Shown: positions 13,090 to 26,708, numbered from the whole stretch's first letter. The stretch is DNA of 63,909 nt, filler included, from Octopus bimaculoides (GCF_001194135.2; 4 parts of 4 records of this genome joined end to end with filler, not necessarily neighbours in it); one strand, 5' to 3'. A program made the numbers and translations. The notes: generated from the letters alone by a model not told the origin.

Positions 13090-13787
13090 CACTTACATGG
13101 TGCTTCGTTACCATTAACCAAAGTGAATTAAGCTTTGGCCAAGTGGAGATCAGGTTATCAAACGCTATCCGACGATCATCGGCAGTTTCGAGCCTGAACG
13201 TAACATCCTCCCGTTGGTTGATCAACAGATTTGGCAAAATCATTGCTCCTCATCTCCTCCTTCCTGGCTTCCATCTTAACTCGTTTCTCTCTTGCTCCAT
13301 AACCAGCTGAGGTTTTTTTCTGCTGCTGCTTTCCTCCGATTCCAATTGTTGTAAGCATCTTCCCCCCCTACTGGGGAATCCCCTACAACCAACCTCGACT
13401 GGAAAAAAGCCATAACTGCTATCACTCTCCGTGCAATCATGCAGAAGGCTCTCGAGCTTGGCATGCTACAATTTGTAGGCCTGATCACGTCAAGGATATT
13501 TTCTTAGACTTTTCAGACTACAGAACCACATCTGGCCTCAGGGTTGTATGTACGACCTGAGGAAACTGCAGTCTCTCCCCGGATTCACTTCTATATCTCA
13601 TGATTGGGACCCATATAATAACCTAAGTGTCTTTTTTGCTGTCCTCACTGGCTTTTCTCTTTCTTTCATGAACTAAATTGCTGCTGTTGTCCTACCCTGA
13701 TGATGATGTTCCTTGATCTTTTCCTGTTCCAGCGTATCAGCGAATGCTGCAAGCAAATGTTATGACGCCACTTGTATCTCCCTTAAG
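13090..13787 (-). mobile_element. Decayed 3' end of an RLE-type non-LTR retrotransposon (HERO-like)
   Basis: Reverse-strand motifs in order, with stops and frameshifts: GRYKWRH (13782-13762), LQFPQVVHTTLRPDVVL (to 13521), FPVEVGCRGF (13405-13376) and AAAEKNLSWLWSKR. The stop at 13276 is followed by a 3' UTR. Confidence 0.85.
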
Positions 13788-15321
13788 TATATATATATAT
13801 ATATATCACACAGGCTTTTGTTTCTTACAATTACTTCCAGTTTTTCAGAGAATTGAAGTTCTAAATTCAAGCAGAAATAACTTGCCTTCCAACCGTAAAC
13901 TTTGCCGATAATATTCAGACAATGGTTAACATGTGAGAGGTCTCTAATGCATCATTTTACTCCATTTTGTCTTGTACAGATGTATACGAACAATTATCTA
14001 ACTTGTTATATTAGTACGATTTCAGCTAGATATTGAGCATTGTGTCTTTGCAATGATGAGAGCACATTAGTGAAGTCTCTATGCCACAAAACCTGATGGC
14101 CAACAGGGATTAAGAATTTCCTTATTGTTATTTTCTTTATCTGCACATTATTATTATGCTTTTTACTTCGTGTTTGTTTCTTTTAATGAATATACATGGT
14201 CGAGTTTGATGTGTCTTTGAGAAATTTTTTTGATATTGCTCAATACGTCTGTTTGCTTTTCATTTACGTTCAAGTTTGTAATTCTAAATACTTAATCAAT
14301 ATTGTTTTGATTTAAAAACTATTTGACAATTAAGAGTCTGCTTGTTCTACAGCACAGTTCAATGGCTGAAGTTTTGTTTTCTTTCTCTTTTTTGTTATTC
14401 AAAATCAAACTGTTCTGTATTTATTGCTTTATCTGCCCTAGACATCTATTGAATTTTCAATCTTTTTCCCGTTTCCTACTTTTCATTTCTTTTATTAGAA
14501 ACTGCTCAAAGTCTGAATTAATTCATATTTTCATTGTAATAATCCATAAGCGTTGTGTTTGACATATTTCTTTTCTCTAACTGGGGAAAACTGATTCGCT
14601 TTTAGGTATTTTATTTAATTTCTTACCTCACAGTTATATTTATGAAACCTCATTGTGATTGGTTTGTCATATGAAGCTAAATATTTCTAGGTAAAAAGCA
14701 GATCAATGGCACAAAACAAGAATAACATATTTCTGAAGATTATAAATTATTGCTAAGGTTCATAGCAGTTGCTTTTGTATTTGGTTTAATGCTATCCTAA
14801 ATATGTATCATGTCTCTGGTCAGCTGCCGTAATATATTGTTTACAGCTAGCGTGCAATTAGTTCGACAACTGCTGGTTAAAGTGCATTTGCGTTATGAAT
14901 CAGACACGAGTAAATGTTTCCATCTTGAAATGACACATATTTCACTCTCTGATGGCTATATTGCTGGTCATTGATGAATATACAGAAGAGAATTTATGTT
15001 CGGCGTTAACATTTAATACTGCTATGTCCTACTCACCAAGTTTCATTGAAATAGATGAACCCACAATCATATTTTTCCAAGATACTTTTACTAACAAAAA
15101 GCAAACGTATTTTAAAATATGATGTCAATATTGTATGCATCTGTACTTTACCTTTCTATGTGCCCTGATCCAATAGTGGTGCCATAATAATATACGGACC
15201 ATCATGGGTACCTTTTGACTAGCAGGATATAGATAGGAAAAATCTAGCCACTCAACATCACCACCACCACCATCAACAAGAAAAACAGCAACAGCAGCAT
15301 CATGATATTGTATATTATATT

Positions 15322-15495
15322 AAGATAGCGAGCTGACAGATTCATTAGCACGCAGGTCAAAATGTTTAGCGACATTTCTTTTGTTTTCCCTTCTCAGTTC
15401 AAACTCCGCCGAGGTCGACTTTAACTTTCATCCTTTCGGCATCGATAAAATAAGTACCAGACTTACCCCCTTCTCGAAAATTACTGGTCTCGTGC
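15322..15495 (+). mobile_element. SINE family A copy with internal deletion
   Basis: aagatagcgagctgacag...gaggtcgactttaactttcatcctttcggcatcgataaaataagtaccag. Confidence 0.8.
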
Positions 15496-16636
15496 CATCA
15501 TCATATTACATCATCGATATTACATAATATATTCTTCTTAAGACAGAAACAAAACGAGTAAGTCGCAACCAGAATGATTGTACATTCTAAATTGTCCACA
15601 GGTTTAAACAACAACAATAGCGCACACACGTTTCTTGCACATAGACAGTAACACACGTGAATACACATAAACATATACAGGGGTCCGCTCACACACACAC
15701 ATACGCGCACACGCGTGCGCACGCAACGTATTCTTAACAGGAGGAAAAGAACAGAATAGAACGAAGACTGCGAGGTAAAAGTACTGGTCTACAATACATT
15801 TTCTTTAAAAGTATATTCTTCATTCCTATACAGAAAAACGCAAAGCAAATTACGATCCTGCACAGGAAGATACGCAATCTCACTTCCAAAACATACAAGG
15901 TCAACTAACTCCTACATGTATGTACGTATATATATATATATCTGTGTGTGTGTGTGTACGTTTTGGTATTTAAATATATGTACGTGTATCCATACACATT
16001 AGCACGTACAGACATATGCGCACACACGTATTCACAACGATTTTCCATCTGTCAGAAAGCAATAGATGTGCTTGTGAATGAATTATTCATATTTGTGAGT
16101 AAAAGTAATGATATTACTTTTCTGAGGTTGAGAGAAACGCATCCAAGCCTAGCTTTGTACAGGGTTATTTATACACCTGTCTATGCTTAATTATATTTTT
16201 TGTAGGTATATACACACACACACATTCACATAATTAGAGGTATATATTTACATATGTAGAGAGATAAACAAATTGAAACCTATAATTACATTTCTGTACG
16301 CTTACAAGCGTATGATGCGTGTGTGTGTGTGTGTGTGTGTGCATGGTTGTGTGTGAGTGAATAGGTGCGTGTGTGTGTGTACATTTATGTATCTGTATAT
16401 ATTCATACACGTATATATACATGCATACAAATATATATATATACACACACACACACACACNNNNNNNNNNNNNNNNNNNNNNNNNNNNNNNNNNNNNNNN
16501 NNNNNNNNNNNNNNNNNNNNNNNNNNNNNNNNNNNNNNNNNNNNNNNNNNNNNNNNNNNNNNNNNNNNNNNNNNNNNNNNNNNNNNNNNATATATATATA
16601 TATATACGTATGTGTGTATGTATCATTATGTATTAC

Positions 16637-16820
16637 GTCGATTTGAAAGGACGAAAGGCTAAGCGGACCTTGGCGGAATTCTGAGTTCAAATTCCACCGA
16701 GGTCGATGTTACCTTCCATTATTTTGATGTCGATAAAATCAGTACCAGTTGACCACTGGAGTCAATGTAATCGTTTGCCACCCTTCTCCGAAATTGCTTT
16801 CCTCTCCTGCCAAGATTTGA
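16637..16820. mobile_element. Fold-back pair of SINE family A fragments
   Basis: Minus-strand fragment followed by a plus-strand fragment. gaccttggcggaatt and aattccaccgaggtc are inverted. Confidence 0.65.
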
Positions 16821-17538
16821 ATCAGTTGTGTATTTAGACTAATAGATTAGAAGTGTTTGTTTTTTGGCTTTGTTTTTTTTTTTGTTTTTGTGTTTTTTTG
16901 GTAAAAATATAGGTCTACGTGATTCCACTTTTTGAATATGCGCATGCGCCACTCCGCTAGCGAAGTCGTCAGTAAATTAGAATCGAAGTGAAAGGCACGT
17001 TGCTTTCAACATAGTTGTATCATTATATGAAGAAACCGACGATGGAGGAGAGATGATTGAATGATAGGAATTTGGCTATAAATGTCATTTTTATATTTAT
17101 CGATGCATAGAGCAAAATTGTCGGAGGTTCTTTGAAATGATTGACAATTCAGAGAATAAAATTAAGAAGAGAACAACAAAAAATATTGGAGAAATATTAT
17201 GAAAGAATAATGTACGTCAATGTTGACAAGACAACATGGATGTCTAGCGTACCCCATAAATCATAAACTCAAACAGGCACACTCACAGTTAAAGAAACAT
17301 TTACGCACACGGACACGTATACGAACAAAAACTCACACGCAGATACACACAAAGACACGATAGGAAAACCGTACAAAAATGTATATACATGAAGCAGCAA
17401 TATACATACATACTTAGAGAAATAGTTTGCCTTATAATACTACAGGCATACGCACACACATGTCACTGGCTTGGTGAAATATTATTACAAAAGTCACAAT
17501 TCATTTACACGATATCACAGAAGGTGCACACGCACACG

Positions 17539-17569
<31 letters not shown>

Positions 17570-17721
17570 GTACACGTACTGACGCATACACATACAGAGC
17601 CGCACACATATGTATATAAACATAAATTCACACAGGGATTTATAGCCATATAAAATTACAAAGATTATTTTGTGTGCGTGAGTGCGAGCGTCTGTGTGCG
17701 TGCTTGTGCGTCTGTGTATAT

Positions 17722-17760
<39 letters not shown>

Positions 17761-17980
17761 ATTTGCGATTAAAATGCAACGTGTGTATGTATATGGAATG
17801 TATATTTATGGCTTCCTTTACAGACAGAAGCTGAATATATAGGTATATATATGCGGTTGTATATATATGTAATATATACATATATAATATATATATATAT
17901 GTATATATATATTTATACATATATACATATATATATGTATATATGTATATAGATACGTATATAGTATATATCTATATCTG

Positions 17981-18030
<50 letters not shown>

Positions 18031-18170
18031 GTGTATGTGTCTGTATATACACACATGTATGTACATACATATGCATTTGTATTTATACACTACACGCATA
18101 CATACAAAAGCACACACACGCACATACACATACATGCACACACACATACACAGGCATATATATATGTGTG

Positions 18171-18203
<33 letters not shown>

Positions 18204-18582
18204 TAATATGTACGTATGTTAAAATGAGAGCAGTTAATCATCTAAATATCTGGAAGTAACAACATAGAAGTACCGTTTCAAGATTCATTTTGATATTAAT
18301 GTATATAATACATGCATATGTGTGTGTGAGTGTGTGTGTAAGTGTGTTTTTGTGTGTGCATAGTGTGTATAGTGTGTGTATAGTGTATATTAGTGTTTAC
18401 ATGTGAGAGCGTATATTGGCACAATTCCTTGTATTACCACACTGTCTTTTCAGAGACATGAAAAACAAAGGTGTAATTGAGGGTTACAATGATTGAACAA
18501 AGTCCGAGATCCGAATGAAATACACTACAAGCATCGAGAATGTCATTCGTATATATATACTCGAGTACTTACTAGAAACGGT

Positions 18583-18961
18583 GGAGGTGCAATCGCCCAG
18601 TGGTTAGGGTAGCGGACTCGCGGTCATAGGATCACGGTTTCAATTCCCAGACCGGGCGTTGTGAGTGTTTATTGAGCGAAAACACCTAAAGCTCCACGAG
18701 GCTCCGGCAGGGGATGGTGGCGAACCCTGCTGTACTCTTTCACCACAACTTTCTCTAACTCTTGCTTCCTGTTTCTGTTGTGTCTGTAATTCAAAGGGTA
18801 TGCCTTGTCATACTGTGTCACGCTGAATCTCCCCGAGAACTACGTTAAGGGTACACGTGTCTGTGGAGTGCTCAGCCACTTGCACGTTAATTTCACGAGC
18901 AGGCTGTTCCGTTGATCGGATCAACTGGAACCCTCGACCTCGTAAGCGACGGAGTGTCAAC
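18583..18961 (+). mobile_element. tRNA-derived SINE family B variant, running into a gap
   Basis: ggaggtgcaatcgcccagtggttaggg...ggtttcaattcccagaccggg. The 3' part is also seen at 19980-20110. Confidence 0.85.
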
Positions 18962-20355
18962 NNNNNNNNNNNNNNNNNNNNNNNNNNNNNNNNNNNNNNN
19001 NNNNNNNNNNNNNNNNNNNNNNNNNNNNNNNNNNNNNNNNNNNNNNNNNNNNNNNNNNNNNNNNNNNNNNNNNNNNNNNNNNNNNNNNNNNNNNNNNNNN
19101 NNNNNNNNNNNNNNNNNNNNNNNNNNNNNNNNNNNNNNNNNNNNNNNNNNNNNNNNNNNNNNNNNNNNNNNNNNNNNNNNNNNNNNNNNNNNNNNNNNNN
19201 NNNNNNNNNNNNNNNNNNNNNNNNNNNNNNNNNNNNNNNNNNNNNNNNNNNNNNNNNNNNNNNNNNNNNNNNNNNNNNNNNNNNNNNNNNNNNNNNNNNN
19301 NNNNNNNNNNNNNNNNNNNNNNNNNNNNNNNNNNNNNNNNNNNNNNNNNNNNNNNNNNNNNNNNNNNNNNNNNNNNNNNNNNNNNNNNNNNNNNNNNNNN
19401 NNNNNNNNNNNNNNNNNNNNNNNNNNNNNNNNNNNNNNNNNNNNNNNNNNNNNNNNNNNNNNNNNNNNNNNNNNNNNNNNNNNNNNNNNNNNNNNNNNNN
19501 NNNNNNNNNNNNNNNNNNNNNNNNNNNNNNNNNNNNNNNNNNNNNNNNNNNNNNNNNNNNNNNNNNNNNNNNNNNNNNNNNNNNNNNNNNNNNNNNNNNN
19601 NNNNNNNNNNNNNNNNNNNNNNNNATATATATATATATATATATATACATACATGTGTGTGCGTGTGCGTGTTTTCGTGCCTGGTTTTGTCACCCTCATC
19701 ACTGCTTGACAACCAGCGCTATACCATTCACTTTACAGTCATCCCTCGACTATCGCGGGTGTTACGTTCCAAAACTGTCCAGAGAAATAATTAAAATCTA
19801 AAAGAAATACAAATACCTATCGGTCGTAGAAGCCCGCGATATACTGAGAAGTCCGCGATATAAATTTACATATATTAACCAGAAAAGTCCGCAATATACT
19901 GAGTGCGCGATAGATGAAACATCATATGGCAAGGGATTACTGATATTTCATATTGTTCCAGTTCACTCAACTGTGCCTGTACTTCAAAGGACCAGCTGTG
20001 TCACGTTGAATCACCCTGAGAACAACGTTAATGTTACACCTGCCTGTGGACGCTCAGCCTGCTGCACGTTAATTTCACGAGTACGCTTTGACCTTGATCG
20101 GACCATCTAGATATAAATATATACCGGTATTTATATATATTCGGTAGAACACAGAAGATAAAAGGTAGAAAGGAAGACATGAATATAAATTGATTTATTT
20201 TGTTCCCCATGTCTGCGGATGATGAAAAGTGATTCAAAGACTTGAAAGTAGGGTTCTTGGCATATGCACATATACTCTAAGACACACACGGAACTGATAG
20301 CCTGCACTCACACGCTCACAAATAGACACACGCACTCATGCACATACACACGCAT

Positions 20356-20399
<44 letters not shown>

Positions 20400-20622
20400 T
20401 ATATAGATGTATGTTTCAAGCAAAAATGCGCTAACCTTCTGATCTGCAGGAAACATAATTTACTCACTACCATGACGTTAAAGAACATGTGTAAGTCAGA
20501 TTCTATACATAAATAATTCTACAAGCAAATCACACGTTCTTCCTAGTAAACTTGCTTTATCGGTAGGCTAAATCGACGGACGAATATCTCTCACAAAAAA
20601 TGCTTACGTATATGTGTATACA

Positions 20623-20696
<74 letters not shown>

Positions 20697-21669
20697 NNNN
20701 NNNNNNNNNNNNNNNNNNNNNNNNNNNNNNNNNNNNNNNNNNNNNNNNNNNNNNNNNNNNNNNNNNNNNNNNNNNNNNNNNNNNNNNNNNNNNNNNNNNN
20801 NNNNNNNNNNNNNNNNNNNNNNNNNNNNNNNNNNNNNNNNNNNNNNNNNNNNNNNNNNNNNNNNNNNNNNNNNNNNNNNNNNNNNNNNNNNNNNNNNNNN
20901 NNNNNNNNNNNNNNNNNNNNNNNNNNNNNNNNNNNNNNNNNNNNNNNNNNNNNNNNNNNNNNNNNNNNNNNNNNNNNNNNNNNNNNNNNNNNNNNNNNNN
21001 NNNNNNNNNNNNNNNNNNTATATATATATATATATATATGTATATATAGAAGTAAAGATACGGTGTATACTTCCATAAATTTGAGCATATTTGACGACCG
21101 AAAAGATTTGTTATATATGGAACAAAACACATTTTACTTACAATATACATTTTCATATTCCATTAAGTATAACTCAACATTCTCTGATTCATATGAAACG
21201 AAGCGGCTAATGGGAAAATATTGGATGGCTATTTGCAAGTTAGTGAACCATACCACAAAAATGTTAACTCTTTTGAAAACTGTATTTTGGTTTAGATTAA
21301 GGAACTTATTAACCACATAATTAAGGTTCTTAATCAGTTTTTTTTTTCTGACTGCATAAATATCAGCTGACATTATCAGTTCAAGAATAAAGGAATATAG
21401 AAATATCATCCATCAGCGGCAAGAATACAATGCAAACATACAGAAAAATTTGACAGTGTAATACATACATGTAATACATACATACATTCATTCATACATA
21501 CATACATACATAAAAACTACTGCCCTGTGTTTCACATTCCCGTTCGTCGGACTGTTGATATATATATATATATATATATATACATGTGTGTATGTGTATG
21601 TGTGTGTGTGTATGTGTGCGTGTGTGTGTTTGTGTGTGTGTATGTGTGTGTGTATGTGTGTGTGTAAAG

Positions 21670-23080
21670 CCAATAAAATGTTATGCGACATAGTTGTAAA
21701 ATAAAACAAGATTATAGAATAATATACCTAAATAAGAGCAGGATGTCATCCTGAATATCTTTAACAAAAACAAAATTCTTTAAAACTTAAAAGCAGTTTG
21801 ATAATTCTACTGAAAATGAACTCTGCTTCGCAAGCAAATTCAAAATCCCATCGAAAGAAAAAAGTAAAAGGTAGAAACTTTGTTTTAAACCATGTCGATT
21901 GAATAACAGCGAAGTTCCTGTAAATTGACACAATATTATTAAACTTGATTCATTCAATCCGACATTGTGAAACTTTATCCGTTGATTTTAAGATCTTCTC
22001 TGAACAAGGTGCGAGTCCGTTGAAGAAAATACATTTACTTCAGTAGTAATTATTGGAGACAATCTCACACATAGGGAAATTTCCAATATTCAATGATAGC
22101 TTCCGAAGATTGAAAAGTGGCTAGCGTTTTTGATGTCAGATCAATATATATTACAAGGGATTTACCGTATATGATCCGTTACAAATTTGCATCATCGTTG
22201 CTTTATGAACTAAATTGAAAGGCCTTACACTTGGAATTGTTCTGACATTAAGTAATTTGCTAGTCTTGCATCCGGCAACTGGATCCACGCTACATAGTTG
22301 CAGGAAATAACTATTTAGCAGGTCTTATGTATCTGACCTAAGATTACAAACATTCTTAATATCAGTAGAGTTATCTTCCAACATATAACATTAAACCAAG
22401 ACATTGGCAAATGCAATCAATCTCCCAATATCGGAAACTAATTCATTTTGCAATGAAACCATAGGAATATCTAATATTTCCTGTGACGTTTAATAAACCT
22501 GCCAACTGCAATCATGACGTACTAAAATGAAAGAGGGTTTAAGGAAATGATTGACAGCTCAGCTACTATCGAGCAATACCGTAGAAAACTCATAGAGAAT
22601 ATTATCTGAATTAACTCGCCTCTCAGTAAAACTGCAGTTTATAATCTAGCTAGAATTTTTTTAGTGACAATCAGCAGATACTTTGCAGCTAATAGCAATT
22701 TCCACAAGATATTTAATAAGAACATCTTGATGAATTATAGGTGTTGGTAGTTCCATAACAATGCTACAAGATGGCAGAATTAAGGAATACTGACCACAGG
22801 ACATGCCGCACCACAAGAATAAGGATCTATTTCGAGTTTTTAACATTTTAATAATATTGTATATCAGATGCAAAATCTCAACCAATAGCTTTCAACCTAG
22901 CTTTAAGCAACAACGTTTTTTATATGTAAATGTTAGCCCCGAGTGACCAAATCTATATTCCAAGACATCAAAGTATGCTTAATAAAACCAACTTTTCCAG
23001 AACTATTCAGTCCTTTCATCAGTAAAATTTCTGGTGTTGCCTTTAGTTTATAGTTTGATAATCCTAACGCCAGTAGTGAT
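21670..23080 (-). pseudogene. Decayed Cys-rich glycoprotein-like reading frame, possibly env/F-like
   Basis: Long reverse-strand stretches with sparse stops. It has a hydrophobic N-terminal segment (SLLALGLS), NxS/T sequons (NSS, NCS, NST, NGS), many Cys and a hydrophobic C-terminal segment. The family assignment is inference only. Confidence 0.35.
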
Positions 23081-24596
23081 TACATGTGTATCTATATATG
23101 TATGAGACTGCGTGCTTATGTGTGTGTCTGTACGCAACTGATATGGGTATACACTTTTTAATGTAAATAAAAATAATGTGAATAATAAATAAAAGCAAGT
23201 TCTTCAACAAAAGGGAGCATCCCGCTTTTTTAAGCCTTTTCGTGGTGTTCTGTTTCTACAGATTAAAAGCAAAACCTGATAATTTGCGTGTTTATGCTGA
23301 TGAATATGAAATGGATTCAACCTATATGTACAATGGGGTCGTGTAACTCAGCTTACCTTGGCAGCAGCCTAACTGTAATTCAGTTCAGCGCATTTATCTT
23401 TGATAAAACGAAATAATAAATGCCAAGAATTACTTTGTTTTATTGTTTGTTGGTTATAATGAATTGCTAGATAAACGGATGCCGGTAATTGAAGATGAGT
23501 TGGTAGGAAAGATAACAGTTCTTGCAGTGATATGATGAGATGAGATGTTTCGTTACAAAAGAATACAAAAGTTGGAAGAAGAAATAGTAACAGAGATATT
23601 TGTTGTTAAGGAATATAAACTAAGGGGAATATTTTAGCATTCTATTTAAAACAAACCCTCTAAAGTTTCCAATACGGTTTCAGGGTCAACCGTCGGGCGA
23701 TCTTCCTATATTTTTAATTGTTATGCGAACTTTCTTCCATTTCGATTATATATTATGGTTTTCGCCATTGTAGATAATACAGTTAACTCACCCACGCATG
23801 CAGCCTTTTTTTTTATTCGAAGCCAACGAAAGCGTTTCTACGTGTTACGTTGACCTGTAAAAATAACAGCTAAAATTTGCATAAATTACATATCAAAATA
23901 TTAAGTACACAAAGACATAAAAAGTGGATACTTTGGATAATATACGCAGACTATTTAGTTGAAAAGGTGGAATGCTCACAGTTTGAAAGCTGCTGTCATA
24001 GGTCACTTTCTTCTGAACTGACCAAGGATTAAGCAACAACAACAGCTGCAGCTGCAGCAGCAGCAACAATAATAACATTTTGGTCACTCCTTACCTCCCC
24101 ACATTATATCTTCTCGCTTTCCTGAATGATGTTACATCTGTCATTTCAGGAACGGGTTTAATACCTGCGTACATACATGTATAGCTGCACTCACACATAG
24201 AGGCACTCACACACACATACACACACATACATATATATGCCTAATTTCCAATTGAAGACTTTGGAAGTTTTTCTTCTATCTCATTAATTGTACCATAAAC
24301 ATTTTTGCTTCTTTGAGATTAATATTTCGTTTTCCGGTTTTTTAACCTTCCACATTTTCTATATACTTCTTTCTCATTTCTTCTATCATTCAGTTTTGAA
24401 TTCGTTGTGCCATGTAGGCTGTGTCTGATGAATGTGCCGAGATATCAAACGTATTATAAAACATTGCTTTGCAAAGTAACAACCTATAAAAACATGTATT
24501 GTGTCTATTAGATGATATTTATCTCTCACCAGATAGAGTAATTATTTTGGTGATCATATTATCACAGAACAATACCATATATATATATATACCGGA

Positions 24597-24790
24597 GTAA
24601 GCACATAAAATGTGAAAGAAGGTGGAAAAAAGAGTACTCAAATACCAGAGGTAGAGTAATATGCTTTATTTAAAAGCAGCAGAAATATAACAAAAGACTG
24701 TTACTCGGAGTTTCACGTTCCCGTTCATCGGACATGTCGGATGAACGGGAACGTGAAACTCCGAGTAACAGTCTTTTCTTATATTTTTCT
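24597..24790. mobile_element. Short repeat family G ending in a head-to-head inverted duplication of a hammerhead-like motif
   Basis: About 54-bp inverted arms centred at 24734/24735. A related diverged copy is at 21514-21557. Confidence 0.65.
24699..24734 (-). ncRNA. Minimal type-I hammerhead-like motif with CCGAUGA core
   Basis: Reverse strand: tgt-CCGATGA-acg[ggaa]cgt-GAAA-ct[ccg]ag-T-A-aca. Only 3 bp of stem I remain. Confidence 0.5.
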
Positions 24791-26083
24791 TNNNNNNNNN
24801 NNNNNNNNNNNNNNNNNNNNNNNNNNNNNNNNNNNNNNNNNNNNNNNNNNNNNNNNNNNNNNNNNNNNNNNNNNNNNNNNNNNNNNNNNNNNNNNNNNNN
24901 NNNNNNNNNNNNNNNNNNNNNNNNNTGTGTGTGTGTGTATGTGTGTGTGTGTATGTGTGTGTGTGTGTGTGTCTATATAATTGATGATGTGTAGACATCA
25001 CAACATATATCTACAATATTCAAGCGCTCAATTATGAGTACGTCGCTAAAATCCAATCCCTTATCACATTTCGATACATATTTACGGAGTTACATGTACG
25101 TAACCGACGGGAGAAAACGATAGTTGAAAGTAACATATTTCGAAAAATAACAGATGCAGTAAAACACAAACTTTATAGACGATTCATAATTCAATTGCTT
25201 ATGTGTTTTTGCGCGCATGCGTATGAATGTGGGTGAGAGGAAATGTGCTTACATGAGGTTGCATTTACAGTTATGCGACTCACAAATTCTTTCGGTGCAA
25301 TTGAATGAGACCTGAATAGTGAGTGAAACGTTAATGAGCACGGAATGGAAGCTCGTATTAATAAAAATATTATGTTCATTTCCAGATAATTTTGTCATCA
25401 TTCAACTTCTCAATTTCTGCCTGGCTATTCTTAGGATTTGCGCAATGACTTAAGCTTTAGTTTGAAAAGACTATGATCAAAGTTTTGTGCGAAGTAGTTA
25501 TATTTCTAGCACATCAGACGAGCACTTTGACACTTCATCGTTGATTCGACTACGCCAAGTATTTCGATATAGCGTGTACTAAATGGCACCATGCAAAGCC
25601 CCACCTTCGAGAGACAAAATTATAAATAGTGTTAATAGATAACTTCACGCTGGGAATAGTGGTAATGATAGCAATATTAGTTGTAATAGTAACAGGAGAG
25701 ACGATGTTATGGGAAGCGCTTTGAATGAACTTGACGAGCATCATGATGCATAAAGCCATTCTAAATATAAATCTATATCACAGTAATATTTAATCCGTTT
25801 TTATGTATTTTTCACACACATAGCCCAGCAGGATACATATACAGAAATACAAACCATGCGCGCACGCACACATAAAGACATATATACAAATGCACCCGTA
25901 TGTATGTGAATAATAATTTTCTATTAGGCTCGGTTAATAATCTTCCTACGTTGCATATCGTTATTATTTGTTATATTTGTTATTGATGCATATCTCTGTA
26001 TACGTGTGTGTATATATGCAAGTGGGTGAGTATGCTTGTGTGATGTGTGTGTACGTGTGCTTGACTGAGGGTGTGTGTGTGAA

Positions 26084-26123
<40 letters not shown>

Positions 26124-26646
26124 TTTGTGTCTTTGCGCTTACCTCTGTCTATACGCGTGCAATTTTCAAACCGTATATAAATTATTTGCGCTTCCTGTCA
26201 GATAGAATGATAAATAATTCTTCATGTTTTATCATAGATATCTAAGAGTACTGACCGAATTAGACATTCCATCAAGAAACTGCTCTTATTCTAAATATTT
26301 CTTCATATAGGTTTTGTACCTCTAGTTTTATTTTCAAGATTCTTTCGACTTCGTCCATCTATCAAAATATATGACAGGTTCAGAGCTTAAAAATAATTCG
26401 CTTATTTTTTCTGATACAGGTGCTGACACTTTTTGTAATAATTTTGTCACATTTTATTTTGTGTTAAATCACTTCATGTACTTGAAAAAAATATTCTCTC
26501 AGTGTAAGATTAACCACATATTTTCCTTTTATTTGTTTTTCTATTCATTATTTAATGATATTATTTATTTATCCTATGCTACTTCAATGCTCAAGATAAA
26601 TTACTTTTGCACGAAACATTTTTGAAATTGACTTGTATAAATGTAT

Positions 26647-26708
<62 letters not shown>

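Noticed and set aside
13100-13215. Possible type-II hammerhead in the HERO-like 3' UTR (tcagg-ctc-GAAA...ttgataa-cctga, minus strand)
   Set aside because: Only one hairpin lies between GAAA and the core-like word, and the core is degenerate. The three-stem junction cannot be built.
22985-23030. CTGATGA-a-aggac[tgaata]gttct-g-GAAA on the minus strand
   Set aside because: There is no stem I pairing and an extra base precedes GAAA. It lies in the decayed ORF and is probably chance.
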